DNA of 64,000 nt from Octopus bimaculoides (GCF_001194135.2 NC_068981.1:49278827-49342826), one strand, 5' to 3'; shown: positions 13,801-26,249, numbered from the stretch's first letter. Program-made: numbers and translations. Notes: generated by a model from the letters alone, not told the origin.

Positions 13801-14329
13801 CGAATCTTTCACTTTCTAATCGATGCGCAATGGTTCGAGATATATAATGATCGCATCAATCTTACCACGCAAAAGGGCATGTTGATATCAAGGACATTGC
13901 CTATTCTCTAGATAATGCAAGTACACAATAACCTGTAAGAAACGCTGTAACATAATATTGTATATTTTGAATCACACCTAAAGTAATTAATTTAATGTCG
14001 CGTACATTATCATAATCTCTTAAAGCATGAAGTACAGATCTCTGGATTTATATAGTTTATCAACAAAGTATTAACGGTGCATGTTCAGAATACTGGCTTA
14101 ATTTGTTCTGTCTGACGTAATTAATTCTGTCTGGCTTTCACATGTCCCTCTAATGAAGGCTATTACTGCATCACGTAGAAGATAAAGTGAATCATCGGAA
14201 ATAAATATATATTCCATCTGTAAATTGATTTACATTAATTAAAATATTGAAGTTAAATAGACATAACACATAAACACAGCCCCTTATGCATATATAAATA
14301 TATGTATCGACATATATCCATACATATGG

Positions 14330-14375
14330 AAATATGTGTGTGAATGTATGTATATATGTATGTGTGTGTGTATAT

Positions 14376-14407
<32 letters not shown>

Positions 14408-14408
14408 G

Positions 14409-14459
<51 letters not shown>

Positions 14460-14460
14460 G
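14330..14460. repeat. Compound (TG)/(CA)/(TA)n microsatellite
   Basis: Directly visible. Confidence 0.95.
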
Positions 14461-14547
14461 GAGAGAAAGACTACACATATATGATTGTATGTGTATTGTA
14501 CATGTGTATATCTGAGTAGATATTGTTTACCTTTTAATGTTTATATT

Positions 14548-14886
14548 TTTCAATCATTAGACTGCGGCCATGCTGGGGAAGCGCCTTCAAGTACCTTTAG
14601 TGAAATGAATCAACTCTAAAATGCTTTGTGCTAGGTACTTATTTTATCGGGCTCTTTTCCGAAACGCTGCTAAGTTACTGGGCCGTTAACACACAAGCAT
14701 CGGTTGGCAAACAGAGTGGAGGACAAATAGTCACACACACTCATATTCGATAGTGTGTATATACATATATACACGATGGTCTACTTTCACTTTCCGCCTC
14801 CGAAGGCACTGATCGGTCCGAGGTCAGTATCCTCCTGAATTGAGAACCATGTGGTCGGAAAACAAGCTTCTTACCACACAGCCATG
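14548..14886 (-). mobile_element. tRNA-derived SINE, same family as 6457-6736
   Basis: Shares CATTAGACTGCGGCCATGCTGG..GAACCATGTGGTCGGAAAACAAGCTTCTTACCACACAGCCA. Confidence 0.82.
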
Positions 14887-15386
14887 TATGTTACGTTTTG
14901 TTAAAACACACATACATCAGTTTGAAATAGATATGAACCCAAATTATATCAGCTATAATAATGAATAAATTGAGTGACCGGGGAGGAAGCAATTACGTTT
15001 GAAAATTGAAACCACTTGAAAAGCAATTTAATTTCACTTTCATTAAATAACCAATAATTAGATGCTGGCAATAATCGTGAAAGATGCTCTCAGAGATTCT
15101 TAAAAATGCTAAACGTAAAAGAATAAATAGAATTAAAAATCAAAAATTTAACACGACTTAAGTAAAATGACCAGGAAATACACTCCTAAAAATATTTGGT
15201 CGAATATTGATTTAACGTATTATCGATTACTTCACGGTAATATTTGGCTTTTCATCATTTTACAAAAAGAAACATCATTTAGCTGTTTTAAAATAAAATA
15301 GAAGAAATAACCATTTTCAGAACGTTCCTGAAATCAAGTTTTCCGGACAATTTGTGTGATGCATTTTTTGAAATGTATGTATCAAC

Positions 15387-16628
15387 TATTGGGTCAGCCC
15401 TTAAATAATGCAGTTTTCTTTCAATTGCATGAACTAAAAGTAGGAGGGTGACGGAATAAGCTACTTGCATCAACTTGTTTTAAAAGCAGGTAGTAATTTC
15501 ACCATGTAATTACTCTTAGTACAAGTTTTGAAGAGTACAGTTCGATGTTAACAATTATTTTTTCAAAGCAATATTGGAAGTGACAAAGGAGCATATTCGG
15601 TATATTTTGCTTTATGAGTTCAATAAAAGCAACAAGGCAAAATAATATTAATGAAGTATATGGGGAGCGGACGATAAGCGTAAGTCAGTGTCAACGGTGG
15701 TTCCGGTAACGCCAAGCCGGAAACTACAGCCTAGAACACGTGCATCGTCCTGGAATATTTCTAGAGCTCGATGAGGACGTCCTGCAAACCCTGGTGGAAT
15801 AAAACTCAATCGTAACTGTTGATGAACTAGCAGTAAAGCTTGGATTTGGTCATTCAACCTGCGTGCTATCGGAAAAGTTAGAAAATTGGATCAATGGAAT
15901 CGTCACAAATTTTGCGAGTGTAATCCCGAGCAAAGAGTGAAATTGTGCACTTCTTTGCTGTCACGTCTTATGAATGAACCTTTGTTCGACTGAATAGTGA
16001 TTCAGGACGAGAAATGGGTTCTCTATAAAAATATCAAGCGCCGAAAACAATGGGTAGGGAAAAGAGAAACACCGGCACGCCAGGCTAAAGAAGGTCTTCA
16101 CACATGTAAGGTGTTACAAGTTTGGTAGGTTATGAAAGGTTTAGTCTACTTTGAACTTATAAATCCAAACCAAATGATATCGAGATCTACTTCGAGCGGT
16201 TTGAACGGCTTAAGTCTGCGGTAAAAGAAAAACGACCATTTCTGGTTTCAAGAAGAAAGGTATTCATCCATCAGGATAATGTTCGATCACATACAGAGAG
16301 GATGACATTCGAAAGGCTGGAACAATTTGAATGGGAAACGATACCCCACCCACCATATTGCCCCATCTGATTATCATTTATTCCGCAGTCTTCAAAATTA
16401 TTTGGACGGTAAAAATACGAATTCTGTAGATAAGGTCAGAACAGTACTGGACGAGTATTTTTGGTCCATAGACAAGTGAAATTTGGACGAGTGGCCATGC
16501 AATTCAGCCAGATAGATGGAAGAAAATTAAGGAGGGTATATTTTAGATTAAAAAAGCACTTTGCGTATCTTAAGTTTGAAGAATAATAGAAGTATAAAAA
16601 ACTGCATTATTTATGTGGTGATCATGAC
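15387..16628 (+). mobile_element. Decayed mariner (Tc1/mariner) DNA transposon, about 1.24 kb
   Basis: Broken transposase at about 15574-16545 reads EVTKEHIRYILLYEF..QDEKWVLYKNIKRRKQW..FIHQDNVRSH..WETIPHPPY..PSDYHLFRSLQNYLDG. Left TIR TATTGGGTCAGCCCTTAAATAATGCAGTTTT; the right end matches it perfectly over 16 bp (AAAACTGCATTATTTA, 16598-16613). Confidence 0.95.
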
Positions 16629-16629
16629 A

Positions 16630-18965
16630 TATTTCTCTGTAAACTAAGATTCCTCACGCCCAAAGCTAACCCTAGTAACCTCTCTCCAGCTCACCTATTT
16701 GATAATATGAATTTCTATGATGCCGACTGAGATACAATCACGTAGGAGTTATCACATGCTGACTGGTCTTTCACACATGCACACAACGCCTACAGCATCA
16801 AAATATATTGACAGGTCTTTAAAGACAGTCAGAAACATATGTGCAAAAAACACCCTACCAAGACCTGTGAAGTGAACTAAATGCAGAATTTCCCAAAACA
16901 GAAAAGCTATTATCAATAAATATAAAGAACAAACAAAAAAAACTTACATACTAAACACTGCCAACAACCACACATATATTCGACCGCTATCGCTCTGCTC
17001 GAATCCCCCCCCCCAAAAAAAAAAGAAAAACAACCTTCAACAATACATGAAGACCATCATCAATAACCAAAAAATAGTTGAGTAGAAATGGACCGTTGAT
17101 AAAATTAAATTCAACACCAAAGTGTTCTTTTGCAAAAAAAAACACAAGGTCATTGTCTCCACTTTTGGCCTTCTAACTGATGAAAATGGCAGTCATCAAG
17201 ATAATATCAAAACCATGAGTAACATAATGCAGTAACATTATTGCTCTGTTTACATCAATTCTGGTATGGCCGATCTGGACTGTATCACTGATGATAACCT
17301 TCAACACACTACATCGGACATAGCGTTTGGCGCCCCTGATATCTTAGCGGCAATAAACAAAATTAAACACAATTCATCTGTAGGCCTTGATAGGGTTCTC
17401 TGCTTATGTCCTGATGGTGAGTCGACACCATGTTGCATCTCCTCTTGCTAATCTGTGGAAGAACTCACTGGACGCTGACTATATTTCTGAAAACTTTCTG
17501 TTCCAGTCTGTTGTCCCGGTTTCCAAAAAGAGGAAACAAGTCCTTTGCATGGAACTACCGTCCGATCTCACTCACCTCTCATATCATCAAGATATTTGAG
17601 AGGGTGGTGAGATCACAAATAACACACCTTCTTCAAGGCAGCAAACTGCAAAACCCCAACTGGCATGGGTTCTGTAATAGAAGGAACAGCCTAACACAGC
17701 TCCTGCAACACTTTGGTGATATTTTGAGAGCTGGAGAGAGGGCTCCAACAACGATGTCATCTACCTTGATTTCAGCAAGGCCTTTGACAAGGTTGATCAT
17801 AAGATACATTTGTTGAAAACAGCTATCCAAAATTGGTGTCTCTGGAAAGTTACTACAATGGATCAGGTCTTTCCTTAGAGACAGAATACAAGATGTAATT
17901 GAATGAGTAATATTAAGCCCAACCAAAGTCAGTAGTAGTGTTCCACAAGTTACCGTCTTGTGCCCACTTATTCCATTACCTACATCAATGATATTATGGA
18001 CAACATCAATCACAGCAACATAAGAATCTTTTCAGATGATTCCAAGATCCAAAAAGTCATCAATGTAGTAGGTAACTAGACATGCCTTCATTCAGATTTA
18101 CTGGCTGTCATCATTCATATGGACAAAACAGAAAAATATGCTGCTGAACGAGGAAAATTTGATATTCTGAAAATTCTATACGCCCTTTCTTCAGTTCCAA
18201 CTCTCATGTCATCGAACAACATCAGAGACTTGGAGTGTAATTGTGGATAACAACATAATCTTGGCCGCTTATATAAACAGCAAAGTTGACATGGCCCGCA
18301 GAATGTGTTCCTGGATTCTCAGAACTTTCCAGTCGAGAGATATCCATACCATTATCGTTCTCTTCTCTACATTTACCCGATATGACCTTGAATACTGATG
18401 TTCACTATGGTTTCCTCACATGAAACGAACAATTATGAAAGCTGAACCACTTCAATGGTCAATTACAAAAAAATATAGATGGCATGGCAAGCCTTTACTA
18501 TTGGGGTCGACTAGAAAAGCTGAAGCTTTATTCTCTCCAACGCCGCCGTGATCGCTACATCATCTGCATGATGTGGAAAATATTCCATCAGGATTGGCCA
18601 AATGTTGTCATCACCTTTAAGATACACCCAGGACTTGGGCCTCATGCTGTCCTCCCACAACATAAATAATACTAGCAGCACATAACAAAAATACGGCACA
18701 ATTATTTTACCTGAATTGACCCATCTCTCTTTAATATTACACCAAAACACATTAAATCAGAAACAGACCCCATAAAGTTCAAGAAGTCTTTGGAAACATT
18801 CCTTCAAAAAATCGCAGATAAACCTCGTACACACGGATATGTCTCCAGAAACAATAACTTTCTACTCGAGTATGCACATATTGTACAATTCCTGATTTGA
18901 ATGACTTCGCTAGTTGATGCTATTATGTTAGACGTGACCTGGGCAAATAGTGGCCGAAACCTATG
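16630..18965 (+). mobile_element. 5'-truncated, decayed CR1/L2-group LINE ORF2 (RT domain and C-terminus) with 3' UTR
   Basis: NFYDAD*..ELSHADW; NYRPISLTSHIIKIFERVV; DVIYLDFSKAFDKVDH; IRIFSDDSKI (YADD equivalent); RLEKLKLYSLQRRRDRYII. Many stops and frameshifts. Confidence 0.95.
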
Positions 18966-20179
18966 AATGTATGACCCACTATATGTATGTAACCTGAGTG
19001 TGTTCATATATGTGTATATATTTCTGTATATTGAAGTCACATATGCATAAGGCGAAGTATGTTACAAACTATTGTTTGCTGATTCTTGTAATTTACGTTA
19101 TTCTTTATATCAGCTGAAAAGAAAAAGCATAAGGTATTGTCTGTTTTGAAAAGTTTGATGACTACAACGAATTTATTATGGTCGTAAACTCTATTTTCAT
19201 ACTGTGAATTGTAACATTTCCCACCGCCAGTATTTTTTCACGTTCCTACAATACTTAAAGGGAATTAACACAACACACTGGCTACTATGGTAATGGAAAT
19301 TCCTAAACATATATGCAAATAAGTTAACATATTCTAAAAACTATCAAACCGAATATATTTACATATGAAACAATAGCTGTGTAATTTTGATTTTCTCATA
19401 TTCGAATATTCCTAGGTGAATATATTAATATCGGTATCTGGGAGTATTAAGATTGATATATGGCAGCATCCCAATCATTATAATCACCTGTCCAGTCGCC
19501 AATGTAAATATGTAAATTGTTTTGCATGAATATCTACCATTCTTTTATGGGTCGTTATCTTTCGCCAAATAAATTTTATTCCTACCAAATATATGTCAAA
19601 TATTTCAATTGCTCGCCAGCCTAAATGTGGACACGGTCTAATTTGTATATCGTGTGATTTCCAATTTCACATGCTTACATCATATAAACAAGATTTCAAT
19701 TACGAAATAATATGATTAATCTGATCCAAAATAGGATGCAAAACCCCGAAAGAAAGACGATTCAATAAGCATTTTCATCTTGTAATTCAGTTTCAGCGGT
19801 TGACCGCTTGTACCCGGATTGTAAACTTATCCGTTATAATCGGAGGGGCAGCTCATTTCTCTATTACAATAGAATTGAAGGGACTACAAATAAAACTTAA
19901 ATATTGTACAATATAGTTGATATTATCATTATATACTAATTCTTGTATATCGCATTGGAAAATATATAGTTTTTCGTCTGAAACGAGGGGGAGACTGATT
20001 GAAAAAAAGCGAAACATATTAATGGAAATAATATTATCGAATGCTTTAGGATGAACATCAAAATTGTTGTTGATCGGAAACAAACACACAAATATTTACT
20101 GTAACAGTTTTCTTATTCATGAAATATTTTCCACTAATAATTTTTAAAAATATTAATTCCTGGCATGAATACTGGCATC

Positions 20180-20385
20180 AAGATCAGCACAAGACCAGCA
20201 ATTTCAATGGAAGAGTGCTAAATCAATTACGTGGAACCCAGTGCTCAGCTGGTGCTTAATGTATCGATCCAGAAAGTATGGTAGACAAAGCCAACCACGG
20301 CAGAATTTGGACACGGACGTTAAGACGGGCGAAATGCCGTTAAGCATTTTCCCCAGCGGGCTAACGATTTTGCCAGCTCGCCCCA
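20180..20385 (-). mobile_element. tRNA-derived SINE (Nin/Deu-like), degenerate
   Basis: Minus strand reads GGGCGAGCTGGCAAAATCGTTAGCCCGCTGGGGAAAATGCTTAACGGCATTTCG. Confidence 0.85.
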
Positions 20386-20689
20386 TATTGACCTAATATT
20401 GTACATCTAAGTGATTATTTAAAATGCACTTTATCCTATTCTGAAAAGAAATAATGAAGTTCAATAAAGAAAATGCGTTAGTTACTTTACCAATAGAAGT
20501 CTTTTGATTATCAATCAGTTCCATCATGTAAGACATTCAATTGAAATACAGCACCTCTTTACTTTCAGTCATAGTCTTTTATTTTCTAATTAATATATAT
20601 CAAAATTGTCTCTTGTATTATATAATTTCACTTCCAATAATTTCAATCTAACACATATTGAAAATTTGATGTGAGAGTTTTACTGCGTT

Positions 20690-21160
20690 CGAGACGACGT
20701 ACGCAAAAAATAAATTTCGGAATTAACCTCTCTACTTAGTAGCAAGCGATGAAATTATTTTTCAGGGCTATTCCAACCACGATTCATGGATCGGTACCTC
20801 AAGAACTTCTTTATAGGATCCAGTGGTTAAGGACGCCATCAGGAGAAACCACGTCCGATTTCAGTCCCTACTCCTCTACTGTTTTTGACGTGACGGTCCC
20901 TTCCCTTCCGGAGGTGTCTTCAGCTCTGGTGTTGAGAGCGTATTTTTTTTTTTTTTAGTTTTGGCCTTTTGTTCTTTGGTTTCTTCGATGTCGCGTGAAC
21001 GAATGTCAGCGAGGGGACCACCCTGCCAAATTTCCCTTTAAATACTCATCGGTAGACTCCAGCACCAGCACCAGCTAACTGTCACGTGACACAATCTAAG
21101 CTTCAACTGAACAATGGATGGGAAGAGCGCGTAGTTTTGGCCCGCGCCTTCTTGAAAATT
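20690..21160 (-). promoter_or_regulatory. Candidate promoter and first exon: CpG-enriched, palindromic E-box, TATA-like box
   Basis: TGTCACGTGACA perfect 12-bp palindrome (21080-21091), minus-strand TATTTAAA (21037-21044), and ATGGCG at 20839-20834. CpG density is visibly above the flanks and no repeat is recognisable. Confidence 0.45.
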
Positions 21161-21789
21161 ATGACACAAGATAAACCATTGAAAATAACATGTTTATGAA
21201 TAAATTCGTGTAAGACAACACAAATTCTTCGTGTTGTCTATGAATAGATTCGCATGTATCTGCAATTGCTGTTGCATTATATTGCAATGCATCTACCTAG
21301 AGGGAATTTATCGAAATTTGCCGACCATAGACTTTCAGTTTCTCCCTCTCTTTTTCTTTGTTGAAGTACATTTACTCACTACCTAAGTCAATTTGTCATT
21401 TGCTTTACCTCCTACTTCAACAACAATATAGCACAGTCACATCCAAAAAGACAATGAAAGCGAATTTACTTCAGTCTCAAACCTGCCTGAAATAATATCC
21501 TAGATTTAATATAACGACACATAAATATTATTGCAAGTAAGTTATTTTCTAAGAAAAGCATACACAGTCATGACTCGAATGGCATTTGTTCAAAAGGATA
21601 TCGGTTGTATTTGGGTTGATGAGAGGCAACAAATAACATTTGATTCAATAACGTTTTATTTAGCCTTATATAAACCACATAATCTTAGTGAAGAGACAGA
21701 CAAAGAGGAATGCACAAGATTCCTTCGCAAATAAAATTCTCTCCCGTAAGAAATCGATTCGATCAGAAAAACTGCCAAAGATATTGCTA

Positions 21790-21890
21790 TATATGTGTGT
21801 ATGTATGTATGTATGTATGTATATACGTACGTACGTATGTGCGTACGTATGTATGTATGTATATGTGTATGTATGTATGTATGTATATAG
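21790..21890. repeat. (TATG)n microsatellite
   Basis: Directly visible. Confidence 0.95.
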
Positions 21891-22024
21891 GATTTCCTCA
21901 AACCGTGCCCTCTCGTTCGACACCACTTGGCAGGAGTGAGAGGGAGATTTCTATGAAGTTCCGTGTAGGAAGTTGCAGCGAGAACTAGTGATCCTTTAGT
22001 CCCAGTGGATCATATTCTTGTGAA

Positions 22025-22160
22025 CCGAAAACTGGGACCCTAACAGGGGCTACTAATCCGGGTTAGATTACAGCTGAGATCAAATGTGACAAAGAGGTGG
22101 TCCCACACTTCTCAAAGACCCAGAACTCGCGTTCCAGGACCCCATAATCGGATGCATTTT
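22025..22160 (+). mobile_element. Degenerate SINE-like repeat fragment
   Basis: ACTAATCCGGGTTAGATTACAGCTGAGATCAAATGTGACAAAGAGGTGGTCCCACACTTCTCAAAG resembles a common octopus repeat as I recall it. Not verified by any search. Confidence 0.35.
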
Positions 22161-23175
22161 TGTCTTACACAATGCAGAAATACATATACACACGTGTATA
22201 CACACACACACAGATATATATAGAGAGAGAGAGAAAGGGGGAAAGATGGGAGAGAGATGAGAGACAGAGATAGATAGGGATAGAGAAGTTGAAAGAAAGA
22301 AAAGAGAAGCGAGATAGCGATAGATACATCTATGGCCTTGAGCTGAGCAATGTTTTGTGAGTGAAATTGATAGATTGCAATTACTACTCAAAACGAACGA
22401 GTAGTAACTAAATATCTCAATGAATTTATTCCGGGTGGTCTAGTTTCTGAGATTGAATACTTTCATGCAATTGTGTAATATATAGACGTCGATCCATCTC
22501 GTAATCGATAGTTTGTGACACCTAAGATGGTAGTGCAATTATATCCGAAATAAAATCTTTAATAATATACATGTAATAAAATATTAAAATATCACTATCA
22601 AAATAGTGATGAAATAGTTAGATAGAACAAAAAAATATATTTGAAATATACATTTCTCCTTCAAAAATCGTTTAGGTGTAACTAAATTTCAAGATACTCA
22701 AACGGAAATAACTTCCGATGAGCTAAAACGAAGTAAATTCTTACATATAAGAATTGAAACAAATCAAAAGCAAATTGTTAAAACAGAAGTAAAATGAAAG
22801 ATTATCTATACGTGCTATTATATTTACAAATGTTAAAGAAAGTGGTATTACTAACATGTTCGTTCATATTGCACAAAATGTTTAACGATCAATATGTACT
22901 AAACAATGTCGTTTTTTTTTTCTAAAAATATCGCTCAGTAAAACGAAATTTAGGTAAGTTGCAGCACTTGGCAGATTTATTTGAAAAGACGAAGTCCTCG
23001 ATTTTAAGCATGTATGTAGGTATGTACGAACTTACGCATGATCGCATGAATGCATATATGCTTTTTAAAGTACGCATATATTGCAATACACACATACATG
23101 CACATGCTTGTATATACGTGTGTCTACATATACAAACGCGTGTAGACAAACGCGCAGATACACACATGTATACAA

Positions 23176-23214
<39 letters not shown>

Positions 23215-23217
23215 CAC

Positions 23218-23405
23218 AGAACTGAAATTTGGAGAGGAGGTATTCGATTATATCGAGTCTAGTACATGACTGATAGTTATTTTATCGACCCCAAATTCAT
23301 GTTAATTAAGTCGACCTTGCTGGAATTTGAACTCAGAACGTAATGACGGATGAAATACCGATAATCATCACGTTTGGCGTGATAACAATTCTACCAGCTC
23401 GTCGC
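23218..23405 (-). mobile_element. tRNA-derived SINE (Nin/Deu-like), degenerate
   Basis: Minus strand reads GCGACGAGCTGGTAGAATTG..GTTCTGAGTTCAAATTCCAGCAAGGTCGACTT..GGGGTCGATAAAATAAC. Confidence 0.85.
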
Positions 23406-23702
23406 TAGCATGTGTATAGTACAAATACACACTCACATATGCGTACACACACACGCGTGCACACACATATATATATGTATGTGTACATTAATAAACACAC
23501 ACCTATAGTAAAGTAATTCTTAACAGTGACTTTTGAAGTATCTATGAGACACGCGTTTTTACTACCGCGCCATCCTTGACATAAGGTTGTAAATAATATC
23601 GTTATAATTAGAATAATACCACCAAACACGCATATTCACAATTATAAAGACACTCTTACATTCAGCCACACAGATATACATACGCACCATCTACATAGCT
23701 CG

Positions 23703-23788
<86 letters not shown>
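23703..23788. repeat. Long pure (TG)n microsatellite
   Basis: Directly visible. Confidence 0.98.
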
Positions 23789-23791
<3 letters not shown>

Positions 23792-24552
23792 ATGTGTGTG
23801 AGTATGTCTCCGTACATTCCTGTGCATACCCGATGAACACTTATTTTCGTTGTTGTTGGAGATGACGCAGGTTGTGATTTTAATGCTATAAATCTATTTG
23901 AAAGCGCTTCCCGTATGTTCTTGTCAACTAGTCGTATTTAGATCGTAAGCGTGTGTAGTAAAACCATACCCATATCTTCAACATTGAAAGCGTTGGTGAA
24001 ACATCCTTCCAACTGAACATTATCACCATTTCAGCTGTATTTTATAAACTTATTGCATGTTCTTCAAACCCGGAATGCTCCAGCAGACTTAGAGGTACGA
24101 CTTCTAACACACTACTGTGTTTAGTGTCTTGATCGCTAGCTACCGCATATTGTCACGCTTTTTTGTTTTTCTCGAAAAGAATCTAAAGACCACTAATTAG
24201 TATACAAAGCTGTGTTAAAAATGAATGTGAAAGCTAATAATCATCGAAGCAATTCAGATGATTAAATATAATGCTTCAATGCAACATCGATGTTTATTAA
24301 TCCGCACTTAACACATTAGTCATCCTAAATTGCCCTTACAAGCGTAATACGTTTCAAAGGATTAATATAGGCTTTAACTCAACAGTGACGCGTGCCGTTT
24401 ACTGATGATCCTCAGATTGTAAGGCAGGAACCATCGAATATCGTATGTAAAAGTTTTTTTTTTTTTAATATACGCAATGTCTATGAAGATACTGAGTCAA
24501 AACCTCAATTTTCCTACATTTTTTTTTCTTTCTACGAAATTCTGGGTGCATT

Positions 24553-24879
24553 TTAAAGCAGTTTGTCATTATTTACTTCTTCCTGGAAACGGAAATTTTC
24601 GCAAGAGCGGTCAAAATTACAATTCGTAATGGTTTTCAAATATTCGGTTACTTTCATGGCAACTTTAAACACAAATATCAAGAAATAATCTGAAATATGA
24701 CGTTTAGCTTGTTGTAAGTGCACGCAGGAAATCCTTCCATCAAGAGTCTGTTCCGTATATTTAGCCTTTGACTTTTCCAACTCTTTTAGTAAATCCTTCA
24801 AACATTGAATCTGGATTATGGTACATTTCACATTATTGTTAATACTAACAAGAAGGAACGTTTGGGACATGACTGCCAT
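24553..24879 (-). CDS. Candidate intronless orphan ORF, 108 aa, function unknown
   Basis: Non-repetitive ATG-to-TAA ORF (MAVMSQTFLLV..QCLKDLLKELEKSK..SCENFRFQEEVNNDKLL*), with TATATATAAAAA at 24927-24916 upstream. No family recognised. Confidence 0.3.
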   Translation of the reverse strand: MAVMSQTFLLVSINNNVKCTIIQIQCLKDLLKELEKSKAKYTEQTLDGRISCVHLQQAKRHISDYFLIFVFKVAMKVTEYLKTITNCNFDRSCENFRFQEEVNNDKLL

Positions 24880-25438
24880 GAGTGAAAGTATTATAAGCAA
24901 TATTATCCAACTGTGTTTTTATATATAGGATGAAGATGGTTTTATAATACCTAGGCTCAAATGCAGATTATTATAAGCGCAAGAGTCAGATGCAGAGCGG
25001 ACGATTTACGGTCCCAATATTTTTTTTTATTAGAGAGTAAAAACTATTAGCACAAAGTTATCGAGACTTGATTTTAAGAAGTTCATTCTTCATAATGCGT
25101 TTTAGGAAATCCGCCACCATCGAATTTAATATTATTCGAAACAGAACTTTCTGGTTCTTTGGTTTCCTACGCCTGCATCTATCCAATAGTTTAGTAATTA
25201 TCTGAATTATATGATTAGGTCCTCCTAATCAACGGTTTACCAAAGTCAGTAGAGAGCAATATTTATTACGTGGACACTTTGAAATCTTGTACAATAGGCG
25301 TAAGTTTAAATAAATAATATCGGTTGATGAGAGGTAGGCAACAGTTCGGCTGACAATAGGTCATATACAGCACCTTAAAGTTTCCAAGTCTTTACGCCAT
25401 AATATATTCAGTCAATCATATTCCATTGCATTCCAGAA

Positions 25439-25560
25439 TATATTTAAGCGTGTAACCTTGAAATGTACTTTGAATTTGGTTACATTGTTGATAATTAACT
25501 ATATTTAAGCGCGTAACCTTCAAATGCACTTTGGATTTGGTTAGATTGTTGAAAATTAAC
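25439..25560. repeat. 61-bp tandem duplication (2 copies, about 90% identical)
   Basis: TATATTTAAGCGTGTAACCTTGAAATG..AATTAAC at 25439-25499 repeats at 25500-25560 with 6 mismatches. Confidence 0.92.
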
Positions 25561-25694
25561 ATTCTTCAACCCCAAAATAAGTTGGCATCCAGAGTATATC
25601 ACATGCATAAGATATACATTATACGTTCACCTTATAGAATATGATCAGGAAATCAACTCTCAGGTACTTTCGTCATTGCATTGCCTGAGAGAGC

Positions 25695-25855
25695 TCACAT
25701 ACTTACACACATGCATACATACACATATACATAAATACATGAATGCATACATACATACATAAAGGCATGTATACATACATACAAACATACACACATGCAT
25801 ACATACATACATACATACATACATACATACACACATACATACATACATAGATATA
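25695..25855. repeat. (CATA)n microsatellite
   Basis: Directly visible. Confidence 0.95.
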
Positions 25856-26249
25856 TAGCAGTGTGAAAAGTTAAGCAAAGTTTTGACACATGATATTCAT
25901 TAAAATATATTTCAACAATGCGGAAATATTGTACATCACACTAATTTCCCTGCCCTGAAGTTGACTGCCACTTCGTTGTAAATCTTTTGTATTTTGAGTT
26001 CTCACACGTTCCCATTGAGACACTCACCTAAGGAATTAGAAACTGAACGCCACATGTCGCAGAATGCTGACTAGAATATAATAAAAGGCATTTATCTTAA
26101 GTCAATCCGTTGTGCATCCAGCTTCCTGTGTGTGATACTGAAGAAGAAATAATTACTCTGAAAGGCATTCATCATCGAAGAGTTCTGTTTGGAGGTGAAT
26201 GAAAGAGACTTAGCTTGTTTACACTTTTCTATATACAGTGACAAATTTT

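Noticed and set aside
13700-13900. Minus-strand MPFCVVRLMRSLY..ESERF resembling an RTE RT segment
   Set aside because: The diagnostic KAFD, QG..LSP and YADD motifs were not found. Too weak to call.
21656-21988. Many overlapping ORFs rich in HT, YI, CV or MYV repeats, here and across the window
   Set aside because: They are translations of (CA)n, (TA)n and (TATG)n microsatellites.
23829-23926. Minus-strand DKNIREALSNRF resembling GPCR helix 8
   Set aside because: No NPxxY motif, an in-frame stop just upstream, and no transmembrane exons found.
24398-24455. CTGATGA followed by GAAT..GTA as a possible hammerhead
   Set aside because: No closing stem II pair, no GAAA and no valid UH cleavage site.
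25657-25691. Small hairpin CTCTCAGG..CCTGAGAG
   Set aside because: Only 8-10 bp of stem, too short to interpret.
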